From NCBI RefSeq assembly GCF_006345805.1, contig NC_043001.1, positions 28,644,001-28,708,000 on the forward strand: a DNA stretch of 64,000 bases, read 5' to 3'. Shown piece after piece: positions 39,126 through 51,780 of the stretch. Each line of letters opens with the position of its first letter. Positions within the stretch are counted from its first letter, which is position 1. Below the pieces are notes generated by a model, which worked only from the letters and a program-made list of their open reading frames with translations, ran no database searches and was not told the DNA's origin. The translations under genes and the position numbers were made by a program. The stretch comes from Octopus sinensis. Taxonomy: Eukaryota.

Positions 39126-40258
39126 CAGCACAAACCTTTTCCTCAACCTAATATTAGGATGAGAGAATTAGTGGAGCACTAGACAGAATGTACTGAGGTA
39201 GTATTAACCCGGGTTAACCCTGTCGAAATTTTGAAGATATATAAATAGGGCTAACAAACATACAGAAGCGTCCAGTTAACCTTTATTGCAGTAAATAAAC
39301 CAAATACAATGGTTAAATGAATACAACAAGCACTATTTTGCGTCCAGTAAACAAACCAAATACAACTGTCCTCAAACGAGGACAGTGGGTTAAAATGAGT
39401 TAATAATGTTTGAGTTCGACTCCCACTGAAGACTTATCTCTTTAAGGGTGGTACAAAAAAAAAAGTAGGTACAGACATGGCTGTGTGGTAAGTAGCTTGC
39501 TTTCCAACCACATGGTTCCGGGTTCAGTCCCACTGCGTGGCACCTTGGGCAAGTGTCTTCTACTATAGCCTCGGGCTGACCAAAACCTTGTGAGTTAATT
39601 AGATAGGCAAAAACTAAAAATTTGAAAAAGTGTCGAATATCACTAATTCATGCTTTAGTTATTTATTTCCGTTTTCGTTTTTACCATTTTATTTATCTAT
39701 CCATTTATTTTGATGAGTTAGACATCATACGAAATGCATTTAGGCATTTACTTACTAAGTTCAAATTTGCCCAAGACTAATTTTGCTTTTCATTTTCTTG
39801 ATTTCGATAAAATAAATACCAGCCAAATACTTGGTAATTAGTACACCTTTTAAAAAGTATATCACAATGTACCCCCGTCAATCAGAATCACAATAATTGC
39901 TATTCCTGAAACTGGCAGAGAAAACTATGATCCAAAATGTCCTTTACAAAACTTTTTTTTGCAAGAGTTGTTTCCCTTGGCTTATCAGGTTAATATTGAT
40001 TTTAAATTTTCAGAAAGATTATAGAATAATCAAATCATACAATTAATAATAATATGAAACGGGTCAACAATATTTGAGTAATTTCTTTTATATATATAAC
40101 TAAGAATTATAATAGCAGTCTTAACGAGAAAAAAAAAACTTTTTTTTTAAATGAATTCATTTCCTGAGAGTCGCGGAAAGATTTTTAGACTATTTCCATT
40201 ACAATCTTACAGATTAAAACGAATGAAGAAAATAGGAAAAAGTTTCCTAAATTATACC

Positions 40259-40672
40259 TATTTCTTTACTACCCACAAGGGGCTAAACACAGAAGGGACA
40301 AACAAGGACAGACAAACGGATTAAGTCGATTATATCGACCCCAGTGCGTAACTGGTACTTAATTTATCAACCCCGAAAGGATGAAAGGCAAAGTCGACCT
40401 CAGCAAAATTTGAACTCAGAACGTAGCGACAGACAAAATACTGCTGAGCATTTCGCCCGGCGTGCTAACGATTCGGCCAGCTCGCCGCCTTCAAGAGAAA
40501 GTTGGGGCGAAAGAGTACAACAGGGGTCGCCAGCACCCCCTACCGGAGTCTCGGGGAGCTTTTAGGCGTTTTCGCTCAATAAACACACACACAACGCCCG
40601 GTCTGGGAATCGAAACCGCTATCCTCCGATCGCGAGTCCACTGCCCTAACCACTGGGCCATTGCGCCTCTAC
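40259..40672 (-). mobile_element. Chimeric SINE (family C head + family B) with 18-bp TSD
   Basis: agtttcctaaattatacc at 40241 and 40673 brackets both parts. Confidence 0.82.
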
Positions 40673-40777
40673 AGTTTCCTAAATTATACCATTGAAATAA
40701 CAGTCCTGTGCGTGCGTGGGAGAGAGAGAGGGAGAAAGAGAAAGAGAGACTATAAGCTTATTATTGTTATTATCATA

Positions 40778-41199
40778 CAATGGGTTCAAAAAGTCTCTCG
40801 CAGTGAATTTTGTTTTCATCCTTCGCATGCAGTGAAGGGATTATTTTGAAGGGACTTTGACCACCTGATTTAATACTGCCAAACTTTTTTTTTTTTTCTG
40901 GGGAGCAAAATAAAGGATCAGTGTATAAGAATCGCCCAAAAACCATGAGCTAAAAGACGCAATCATAAGCTTCACATGGTCCATACCCCGTCAGACTCTC
41001 CAAGATGTATTTCAAAACATACATAAAAGAGTCAACTTATGTATTGAAAATGACGGACCACACTTTCAACACCTCTTATAAAGTTTTTTTTTTAAAGACT
41101 TGTAAAGTCTAATATATATTTTTTGTAGTCTTATACCATCTTATAAATATTTATTTTGCAATAGAATACTTACAGCGGAGAGACTTTTTCGACACTCTG
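40778..41199. mobile_element. Decayed Tc1/mariner-type non-autonomous element
   Basis: Imperfect TIRs sharing aaaaagtctctc, TA flanks, internal gattattttgaaggg (DYFEG-like). Confidence 0.55.
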
Positions 41200-41280
41200 T
41201 ACTCTATATTCACTAAGAACTAAATTTGCAAAACTAAGTTCCCGGCATGTGATCATATTTTCCCCCCAAGAAATGATATA

Positions 41281-42178
41281 CCGTAAATCCTCGAGTATAA
41301 TCCGCATTTTTTTCCCAAAATTTAAAGGTCAAAATCCCTAGTGCGTACTATATACGAGGTTAAAAATGAAAATTATTTTCTAAGCAATGTCCGAGTCTCT
41401 ATTTGCTGTCCGGCAATGTTTATTCAGAAGCATTTTGTGATGTCGGGCGCGAAAATACCTTAAGCTAAGCCTGAAAGCAATGAAGTTATATAAGAATCAT
41501 CTATAACTTGCAATAAGCAACATTCATTAAACGTTATTACTGTTATTTCTTTATTTTCTGCAAACAAAATGCACAGAAAAGCTACACATTTGCATTATGT
41601 TATACATACAATCTAGATAAAGCTGAAGTTGTCTGTGTATGGCAGGTTTGGTAGCCTTCAACCAACACTATCTCTTCCGAGACCCTGTGGTGCAAGTTGA
41701 CCAAAATTGAGAGTATGATAGAAGAAGGCTTGCTCTTCCTTCCATAGAAGAAAAAATCCAAATCGGACCAAGTTAACACCAAAAATTATTTACATCAAAA
41801 AGATCCTTTTTTTCTATGAAAATCCCTATTTTTTACGATTTTTTGACTGCTGTGTCGCCATTTTTCTGTGTATTTCAACCAGAAAAATGTTTACTTAAAG
41901 AGAATAACAAGCTACATAATGCAAAATTTTTACTTTTCAAAAATTCCAATTCTAAAGGGTCGAAACAAACCCGAGCAACGCCGGGCGATACTGCTAGTAA
42001 TAATAAAGGACGTTACCGTATACATTTTTACAAACCAAGGACGTTATATAGACCTCCTTGACTCAAGTTAGAGAAGAGGTGCGTATCATACACAAGTTTT
42101 AGGTTTTTCAGAGGTACAGCCCCCTAAAAATATCCTGCGTATTATACTCAAGGGCGGACTATACTCGAGGATTTACGG
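41281..42178. mobile_element. Tc1/mariner-pogo-type non-autonomous element
   Basis: 25-bp TIR ccgtaaatcctcgagtata(a/g)tccgc with one mismatch, TA duplication on both sides. Confidence 0.85.
41612..41997 (+). mobile_element. Non-autonomous Helitron-like element nested in a MITE
   Basis: 3' end gagcaacgccgggcgatactgctag|t identical to the 12.9-kb copy; A|TC start inferred. Confidence 0.62.
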
Positions 42179-42469
42179 TATTTGTAACTAAAATCAGATG
42201 CATGATATTGCCAAAGATTTTGCTGATATTGGTACAAGGTACATAACTGCTTCAAAACAGTTTGCAAGCCACAAGAAAGGAAATGAAAGCAAACTTCTTT
42301 TCCAAAGCCTTATTCATTCATAGTAGAAATAGCAAAACTTTTTGAGAAAAGGAGTGGGAAGATATTACGTTCAATCATTCCTTCAGTGCATTAATAAAAT
42401 AGCATAAAATGGATAAACAGTGTTTACTAGTGCATAAGTCTAAATCGCTCTTATGTACAAGTCACTTCC

Positions 42470-42655
42470 CTTATTTACTCTTTTACTTGTTTCAGTTATT
42501 TGACTGCGGCCATGCTGGAGCACCGCAGGACTTATTCTCTGTAAGCCTAGTACTTATTCTGTCGGTCTTTTTTTACCGAACCGCTAAGTTACGGGGACGT
42601 AAACACACCAACATCGGTTGTCAAGCGATGTTGGGGGACAAAAACAGACACACAA

Positions 42656-42708
<53 letters not shown>

Positions 42709-42718
42709 AACTATAAAC

Positions 42719-42761
<43 letters not shown>

Positions 42762-42884
42762 TGCACATTACTTAATCATCGTTATATGCTTTATCTTATA
42801 TTTAATCTTTCTATAATATGTAATTTTTCTAAATGGTATAATTTAATTCTTCATTATTGAATTGATAAAAGGTGCTTTTTTTTA

Positions 42885-42934
<50 letters not shown>

Positions 42935-43020
42935 GACAGGGTTCTTTCAGTTTCCATCTACCAAATCCACTGACAAGGCTTTGGTCGGCCTGAGGCTATA
43001 GTAGAAGACACTTGCCCAAG
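42470..43020 (-). mobile_element. SINE family A with AT-rich insert in its microsatellite
   Basis: Tail at 42470-42660, body resumes at 42933. Confidence 0.72.
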
Positions 43021-43327
43021 TTAAATTTTGGTGCAAATTTTTTTTTTCTTTCCAAACTTTTCACTCAGTGCAAGCATATGTCACACTCCAGATTTTCCAA
43101 TCAAAACCAATTATAAAATAGTGCAACACAAGTAAATACGGTAGCTCTAAATAAACTGTAAGTTCATTTTCCATTTACTTGATGAGTTGTCAACCTTTAC
43201 AGCATACAAAGGATCTAGTTGAAGTTGGGTGACGAAAATTTTGACACCGCAAGAAATAAATGAAAAATTATTAAAATTTTCTGGGGTTTTTTTGGGGGGG
43301 AGGGGTTGTACATGTGTGTGTTTTTAA

Positions 43328-43674
43328 TCTCTCTATATATAAATGGCAAAATGTCTGCATGTGTGTCCTTTATACAAATCCACAATTTTTCAGTTAGAGG
43401 GCTCGCACTTTCTATGGTCATTCAAAACCGTCCAAGGGTGGTCGTGCACATCTTTATATTTCCCCAGTCACCCCGTAAAGCCATTAAAAAATCAATAGAA
43501 GTGAATTTTCTATCCAAAACTCAATCAAAATGCCCGAAACTTGATATGCCAATTGAATGCTAGCTAGCTGTATGTGATTGGTCGGAGATTTGGACAGTAC
43601 TCGCATGTATGTGCGCACGCAGCTGTATATGCATGCACTAGCACTATGACCTAGCAACGCCGAGGTCATATTAG
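43328..43674 (+). mobile_element. Helitron-like element, second family
   Basis: 5' TCTCTCTATATATAAATGGC resembles the 12570 start; 3' hairpin tatgacct/aggtcata followed by TTAG|T. Confidence 0.55.
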
Positions 43675-43675
43675 T

Positions 43676-44410
43676 GGCTAATACAACATTAACTAAAACT
43701 TTAGCTGACAAATTAGAAGAATTTGAAATGTGGACATAGAAGAATGTTAAGAATATCTTTTCAAACGCCACCTGTCTAACACCCGTGGACATGTTTACAA
43801 AGTCAGAAAACAGCACAGCTCTCATGACTTTCGGAAACATTTTTTCACGCTAAGAGTTGCTGAAGTATGGAACAAACTGCCGGCATCAGTTCTTAGTTGT
43901 CGGAGCACTGCATCCTTCAAAACTTCCATGCTTCCTGAGATTCGCCAACACTCCACCTGATTTTCTCCCCCTCCATACACACGCAAGCATGTATCTGACT
44001 CATACACTGTTCGCTTTCCAGACATTTGTACATTACTGCATATGCTTTATACGCACTTTTTGACAAGTTGTGGTGCACCTGAGCACCGTATACAATAATT
44101 TCATTATTATTATATTATCTTGCACAAAACATAACTAATGAACTAGTAAATACAAGATCATTACTCTCAACTATTAAAGAAAAACAGAGAGCTGAAGTAC
44201 TTTGGTGACATAGAAGAAGTACAAGGTATACAAGAACCCTTATTAGAAAGGAAGATAAATGGCAAATGCTGAAAAAGAAAATATAGAACAAACTGGTTTG
44301 ATAATATCAAAGACTAAATTAAACTATATGTACAGTGAATGTGTAAGAATGGTAGAGAGAAAAATTCAAATGGAGCTCCTTGGTATTCAACCGGCTGAAA
44401 GATGGTGACA
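43676..44410 (+). mobile_element. Old RTE LINE C-terminal fragment interrupted by CR1
   Basis: TLTKTLADKLEEFEMW..RMLRIS / LKYFG...LLERKINGK...WFDNIK, with stops. Confidence 0.7.
43760..44115 (+). mobile_element. CR1-type LINE 3' end
   Basis: RGHVYKVRKQHSSHDFRKHFFTLRVAEVWNKLP; (ATT)n-like tail; tatctt duplicated at 43754 and 44116. Confidence 0.78.
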
Positions 44411-44627
44411 ATTAATGAAAATGAACATGCCTCTTCCACAACCTAGTTGCTTCATTTTTAATGCATGGTTTCAGATCTAGTTACTTGCTAGACAAGTACA
44501 ATTCTAAAGCGAAATGGGAATAAAATTTGCTTGGCAGTTTACAAAGTGACCTGTATCAATAAAAATGGAATGATGTTGTGTTCCATAAAGAAAATATATT
44601 GTAAAGTAGAATCCTTCATTGTTTGTT

Positions 44628-44925
44628 CCTTCTGAAAGCCATCTCTGGCTCATAAGGGCCAATTTCCCGGTTTCCTTGGCGTATAGGTTCCCCACCTGGA
44701 CGGGACGCTGGTCCATCGCAGGTGAGCTGCAAGATGCAGGAGGAAAGAGTGATAGAAAGTTGTGGCAAAAGAGTCAGCAGAAGTCTGCCATTACCTTCTG
44801 CCAGAGCCGCGTGAAGCTTAGGTGTTTCGCTCATAAACACAAACACATCACCTGGTCTGAGATTCGAACCTGTAATCCCTCGACCGTGAGTCTGCTGCTC
44901 TAACCACTAGGCCATGTGCCTCCAC
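44628..44925 (-). mobile_element. SINE family C-related
   Basis: Minus tRNA-like head; shared ctggacgggacgc..gtccatcgcag. Confidence 0.7.
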
Positions 44926-45723
44926 AGAATCCTTCATTATTTCTCCAATATTAGAATACTTGTTCTGTTCTGTCATGATACATGATTTCATTTTGTGAAC
45001 TTGATTGTAAAAGTTCATTTATGTAAATGTAATTCTTTTTACTCAACAGATTACCTTCTGAAGCCCTTTTTTTTTTTTTTTGAGACTTTAGACAAGACCA
45101 AAATGAATATTCAATAGTTTTCTAAAATGCTCATGGTACTATAGTGGATGAGTCGTTAGCACATCATAAATATACTACAGAGTTTATAAAAATACCCAGG
45201 AAAATAATCATTTGAATGAAATTCTCAAATATATTAAATAAAAGATGCATTTTTTCCCCCATTCAGATACTAAACAATATTAATCATTTAAAACAAAAAT
45301 GTTTTAGACTCAACATGAACACAGGTTCAAAACTTACTAGAATTAGTTTTTAAGAGAATTTTTTCTGCAACTGTTTGTTTGAGTGAGAGAACAGGTTCAA
45401 GTCAGGATTTTAGTATAGAATGTTTATCACAAGAAGAGTATCCAGTAGTAAGTCAGAACTTCCAATACAAATTACCTCATCCATGTTAGCATGCACAAAT
45501 AAATGTACTGGATGCAGCATATATATTTACCCATTATTCATTTTATTATAAAATAAAAAGTTTAAAATTTTGGTAAATGAAAATTTACAGGTTGGTATTC
45601 ACTACGGTGTTTATTTTGACCATATCGCGCTTGGAGATGTTTGGCGGGCAATTTAAGCTAGTCTTGTACATACGTGCATATATATGTATGTATGAGCGTT
45701 CGTATATGTAAGTATAATATATG

Positions 45724-45769
<46 letters not shown>

Positions 45770-45792
45770 GTATTTATGTGTTTATCTACTAT

Positions 45793-45851
45793 ATTCAACT
45801 GAAGAAGGTAGAGCTTCTCTGAAGCAAAGCCAGAAATCCAGGATCTTGAAT
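45793..45851 (+). ncRNA. Type I hammerhead ribozyme-like motif, intact core
   Basis: Stem I ATTCAA/TTGAAT, CTGAAGA, stem II GGT..GCTTC-tct-GAAGC..GCC, GAAA, stem III ATCC-A-GGAT, cleavage triplet AUC. Confidence 0.62.
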
Positions 45852-46078
45852 TATCCAGTAAAATCTTTTTTGCTAGTTTATTTTGTCTCTCTGTCTTCTC
45901 TCCTGGCGCGATATAAACATTTAAGGTGGTTTTTAGGGTCAGGGTTTTGACTGCTATTTCAGCATGGTGGTATCTCTCAGATACCCTAATTTATAGTTTT
46001 AAATAATTATCACCTTTGTATGGTATTTATTCCCACGCTAGCCACTTGATAAGATCATTATTTAAATAGATATTATCC

Positions 46079-46154
<76 letters not shown>

Positions 46155-46211
46155 CAGGTTGATTGTTATATATATACAAGATCAGTGATTGTGTGTCACT
46201 TTAAAAGTATA

Positions 46212-46349
46212 CACTGTGAGCAAGAGCAAGTGGCTGCTATAGTAGCCGGTGGTTATCCTGTACCAACAAAGGGAAATTACCCAGACATCATTAGTCTGCA
46301 GGTATCACTACGGCTAGAAAGGGAGCAGTAGACTCCCTTGCTCACAGTA
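46212..46349. mobile_element. Small MITE-like element
   Basis: actgtgagcaag (46213) / cttgctcacagt (46337) inverted, TA-like flanks. Confidence 0.4.
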
Positions 46350-46839
46350 TACACAGATTATGTGTCAGCAGCTAGCTGGCAAAGATGTTTTCCTGGGACT
46401 AAAAAGTAGTAACACTGTCCTACAAAGGACAGTCACTTTGCTTTGGCAAATAGACTTTGCTATATTGACAATATTTTATATATATTTACAATTCAAAATG
46501 GCCACCTTTGCTTTATCATAGCCCTTAATTATTTATATCAGCTATTTTTACTTTATCTGTACCAAATATTTTCAATGGCAATTTGTTCGGGTTTTGAGCT
46601 GCAATATTTAATCAAGGGTAAACACTAAAATAAAAGAATATTAAGAGGTGTTATACAACCTTTGCAACAATTTTTGCAAATAAGAATGTTTCGATTCCTA
46701 TTTGAATACTGCATAAATTATTATGCTTAGATAATGGTAAATATAGATGTCACATCCTGTACAACAGTTACTAAAACAAAAACATTATCAGTCTAAAACT
46801 GATAATGTTTACAAGAAAAGATCAAAGAAATATATTTAC

Positions 46840-48007
46840 CTGCTTGACTCATAGCGCCTAAACTAGACAATGAAGGGTAAGGATATGGCCTGGTGTTGGG
46901 ACAAAATGTATTCCGAAAATGTCCAAAGGGATCAAATTCCATATCACCAATTGTCGGACAAGGCTTTTTATTGAAGCGTTCACATTCTGAACTAAAATCC
47001 ACAAATGGATCATTGTTCGGGAATGCATCAATAATGTCGTCATCATCATCTTCAATAGATTTAGGTTTCTCATTAATTCTTGGTGGTATTGGAGGAGCTT
47101 GATTCAAAGGCAATTGAGGAGGAGGATAGGGAGGGGGTTTCATATCAAATTCTTCACAGGGGCCCTCATCAGAACTGAGCTGATTATCACAATTATTTTC
47201 ATTTTCAGAAACAGCATTCTTTGGGCAAGATTCAACTGGTTTTTTACTTTTTAAACACCAAAGATCCTCATATACCTCTGATTTACCCCTTTCACTAGAA
47301 TCTGAATCACTGACAGGTATGTTTTTATCAGTGTCAGTCCAGCTTTTAAGTTTTTTTGCATCACTGCTGTCATTGTTATTGATTTCTCCTGTAAAAAGAG
47401 GGTCGAATGCTAGCAGGGTTGAATGGCTCCTAAAAGTTGGTTGTTCGGGTCCTTGGGATCCATTTGCTTTACCTCTCATTGATATATTTAAACTTTCTGT
47501 TGTAGAAGCAACTGGTGTAATAATTGCACCAGTTGTTTTCGATTCAAGTTCATGAACAGGAGTAGAAGTTCTAACCCGTGGTTTGGGAACAGGACGAAGG
47601 ATTTCCTCCTCACTTGTTTTCTTAACAGTTGTTCGTGGCTTAGGGACTGGTTTCTCAAAGTGTGAACTGCATTCAGAATTATTAGCTGGTGTAGATACAC
47701 CAAAGAGTGCATCTGCATCTTTACGGTGTACAGGTTTGATTTTTGGAGGAAGTAAAGGAGGATTCGCTGATTCAAGACTTTCAGGAAATAAGTTTGCAGC
47801 CAGGCAGTAGTCATTTGTATTGGGAAGATTTGCAAGGATTCGTTTACGATGACCAGAAAGATTAACACCAATTTTATCCAATTTCTCACTATTAAGGTGT
47901 GCACACTGATCAAGGTTAAATATTCCACTTTTCTTGAATAATGGTGCATATTGCTCCAGCTCCATTTGTTTGAGCCAATGACATAGTCTGTCAAAGTGTG
48001 GATCCAT
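46840..48007 (-). CDS. ARAP: Large coding exon of an ARAP-like ArfGAP/RhoGAP protein (N-terminal SAM domain + Pro-rich linker)
   Basis: MDPHFDRLCHWLKQMELEQYAPLFKKSGIF...KIGVNLSGHRKRIL matches the ARAP-type SAM pattern (W..LEQY...GHRxRIL), followed by PVPKPR x2 and PPIPPR motifs as in ARAP N-termini. Polypyrimidine acceptor ttttattttacag lies immediately before ATG (48007). Donor CAG|GTAAAT at 46840/46839; 1168 nt, phase 1. Family call is from recalled motifs, not a search. Confidence 0.78.
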
Positions 48008-48844
48008 CTGTAAAATAAAAAAGAAAAAAGATTACAAAATGTTTGTTACTAAAATGCACACATGCATGCATAATGTTTACAATTGTAAAACTGCAGATAC
48101 TAGTTGATATTCAGGCATGTGTTTGATAAAGTAATCTCTGGATTACTGTCTGTCTGATAGCCTGGATGAGTTTAGTGGGATAAATTCCAGGATTTTAAGA
48201 CTGAATGCATTTCACTTCCTGCAGGTCATGCAATATCACTTTCCCCACTCAGCAAGCTTGGTGGAGTTAACATTTTAGTTGTCGACTCACAACTGTGCAA
48301 CAGGTTGTACCAGGGTATATGTTACCAATTGTGCTCATAAACAACCGGAGACACACACACACACCAAATGCTTCCATTGTCGTAAAAGGTTGTTCACATT
48401 TACAATATAGTTCTACATCATTTACATTATGATAATGATCTCACACCAGCTACAAAGTAATACAAATTCGGGTTATAATTTTCTATCTACCCATTCGCTC
48501 ACTCACCAACCAGATCACTTTATTTCTTCAACTTGATGCTTAGTCATCTGCAAACACATTGACATACAAACAACAACAGTATTACAAATCACTTCCACCA
48601 AAATATGACCTAAACAAACACAATAACAGACCACATCTGCATAAAACTCATACTAACATCTTTTGTTTCTTTACAAAATAACAATTTTTCTCTCAAACCA
48701 AATCATGTGACAATGCATTTTGTTAAAAATTTTAGGAAATCCTAATTATTTTCTACCAACAAAGCTACAGCGGTTAAAACCAAAGCTAGAATTAGAAAAA
48801 TGTCCAGATCGATCCAAAATGAGAGTAAAATAGAATATCTTTAA

Positions 48845-49043
48845 CTCTTTCGCTACCAACCTGGCTGAAGCTGGCTCTCGCTCTGTAGTACAAAAGTTTT
48901 CAAAAGTTTTGAATTAAAATCTTCCACATAAACCAATTTATGTTCCTAACACTAGCTTAGTTATTTTACTAAATTCTTTGTTATATTTAAAATTAATTGA
49001 AAGAAACACAGGGCATCTCAAAATAAATAGAGTAATGAAAGGG
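48845..49043. mobile_element. piggyBac-type MITE, second copy
   Basis: TTAA flanks; internal sequence colinear with 24161-24381. Confidence 0.78.
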
Positions 49044-49074
49044 TTAAGCTTATAGAAAATTTTATATACACAAC

Positions 49075-49751
49075 ACCTGGAAAGGTGGGGGTAGCAGGGA
49101 ACTGTACTAGGTAACCAAAAGGGAGGCTGGGCAACAGGTATACATAGCCAAGGGCGAAGTGGAAAAGAAGAAGTTTGCCAATGTCCAGCGACGTGAGGAC
49201 CAAAGAACTGAAGTATTTCGGATTGCAAGACTGTGTGAGATAAAATTGTGATGTCACAGGAGAGAAATGTGTCCGCATGGATGATGGTGCACTTCCTTTT
49301 AATGATTCTGAAAAGAAAGAGGCTTGGAGAAGCCATTATGAAAGACTGCTGAACATGGAGAATGAATGGGAGGAGGAGAGCCTGCCAAATGTTGACCCAG
49401 TAGAGGGATCAGCTATCCGAATAGACAGCCACTTGGTAGATGAAGCAATTAAGGGTATGAAGCCAGGAAAACACCCTGGCCCATCAGGAATCACTGCTGA
49501 GATGCTTAAAATATTTGGTGTTGTGGGCTATGGCCTAGTTACCCGCGTTGTAAACCAGGTAGTTCATGATGGAGTCACACCCAATGAATGGTGTAGCAGC
49601 ACCATAGTCAACAGCTACAAGGGTAAAGGTGATGCTCTAGATAGAAATAACTACAGGGGTATCAAACTGCTGGACCAGGTGATGAAGGTCACAGATAGGG
49701 TCATAGCCCATCTCATTAGGGAGAGAATTTGCTTAGATGAGATGCAGTTCG
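49075..49751 (+). mobile_element. RTE LINE internal fragment (N-terminal part of the RT domain)
   Basis: AIKGMKPGKHPGPSGITAEMLK...EWCSSTIVNSYKGKGDALDRNNYRGIKLL...EMQFG. Confidence 0.88.
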
Positions 49752-50128
49752 GAACTGTTTCCTGAGGGAAATGCAATCTTTCAAGATGATAATGCACCAA
49801 TTCACACAGCTAAAGTTGTTACTGAACATTCTAGTAAAGTTGAACATCTTATCTGGCCACCACAGTCCCCAGATCTCAATATTATTGAACATTTTATGGT
49901 GCATTTTAGAAAAACAAAATAAGGAGTCGATATCCTCCCCCGTCATCACTACAAGAACTGGAGACTATTTTAGCTGAAGAATGGACAAAAATTCCTTTGG
50001 AAACAATTCAAACTTTGTACGAGTCCGTTGTAGAATTCAAGTTGTAATTCCTGCCAAATGTGGTCCTAGCCCATATTAAAATACATTTGTTTGAAATTTT
50101 AAGGTGTTTCTATTATTTTGTCCAAACG

Positions 50129-50131
<3 letters not shown>
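49752..50131 (+). mobile_element. Tc1-type transposase C-terminal remnant with right TIR
   Basis: IFQDDNAPIHTAKVV...WPPQSPDLNIIE; ends ...ccaaacgctg followed by TA. Confidence 0.85.
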
Positions 50132-50184
<53 letters not shown>

Positions 50185-51175
50185 CATATAGTTATCTGTG
50201 TGCATGTGTGTGTGTTTTCTGTATGTCTTTCAACATATAGCCAATGCAACACAGACTTTTAAAAAAGACTTTCAGTATAATGACAGGTTGTTGCTGTTGT
50301 TGAGAGAGAAATGCAATGAGAGAGGAGCGTGTGTGTGTGCATTTGAAAAACAGAATTAAAATTTGTTTTAAGGGAAAAAAAAAGCAGGTTGTTATTGAGC
50401 ATATCAATGTAATCATTGTAATTGGTGCCTGCTGAAGGATCTATTTCAATCTTGATAGGGTTGTTACCTGGCAGCATAGCAACGGGTCACAACTAGTTGC
50501 TATAATAGTTATGGACAAATTGCAGCCCAAAGGACTTCCTGAATTGTATGTCTAACAAAAAAAACTTACCCAGGATTATTTTTTTTTGGTTTTTGAATAG
50601 TTTAGCCCACATGATAATGAGCAATGACTCATGTGGCCCTCTTCTTGAGAACTGGTTACGCATGCCTGGTATAATATAAACAACAAAACCACCACAAACA
50701 AAGAACACCCTAAACATGTTTAACCATGTCAAATGTAATGCTTATTTATCAATGTCTCGTTTCGAATTAATCCCAGATTATCTCGCAGCTTTAACATTTA
50801 AATGACATGATCATTTATCATTTGTTTTTAGAATGGCATTGTAAGGTAGATGTGAGAGGCTGAATCTAGGTGGTTTGGCCATAAAACAGGAAAAATATTT
50901 GGGCTAGATAGGGCTGGTTTAAATCCTAAAGGGTTAACCTAATATGAACAAGAATTTCAATGGAGAACAACACAGAACCACAAGAAAAGAAAAAAAACAA
51001 AAAGGTTCACAGCCAACAAACAGATCAAATATATACATCAACTATATATACAAATATATATATATAAGCCATAGGATTGCCAGGTGGCCAATAAAGACTT
51101 GGTTAGAGCACATTACTTCATAAGGAGCATAGGACCATTTTCCTGGTTTCTCTGGTGTGTGTGCATATATATATA

Positions 51176-51780
51176 TCATCATCATCATCGTTTAACGTCC
51201 GGGTTGGACGGTTCAACCGGGGTCTGGGAAGCTAGGGCCTGCACCAGGCTCCAGTCTGATCTGGCAGTGTTTCTATAGCTGGATGCCCTTCCTAACGCCA
51301 ACCACTCTGCGAGTGTAGTGGGTGCTTTTTACGTGCCACCTGCACAGGTGCCAGGGGAGTCTGGCATCGGCCACGATCGGTTGGTGCTTTTAATGTGCCA
51401 CCAGCACGGAAGCCAGCCAAGGCGGCGCTGGCATTGGCCACGTTCGGATGGTGCTTTTTATGTGCCACCGGCACAGAAGCCAGTCAAGGCGGCGCTGGCA
51501 ACGGCCACGTTCGGATGGTGCATTTTATGTGCCATTGGCACAGGTATCACAACTACTATTTCCATTGATATTTATTTCGATATTCATGTACTTGACTCAA
51601 CAGGTCTCCTCAAGCACAGCGGGATGTTCTGGAATCCAAGGTACTTTGAATGGGCAGGGGCTATGCAGAACTGGTGCAGGAAGCAGCCCGGGTCTTTGTA
51701 GTCACAGCATATCTCCAGAGATCTCGGTCCTTCGCCATTGCCTCAGTGAGGCCCAATGCTCTGAGGTCATGCTTGACTAC

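Noticed and set aside
46793-46839. C-terminal KYISLIFSCKHYQF of the 404-aa ORF
   Set aside because: It lies past a good CAG|GTAAAT donor, so it is intronic read-through.
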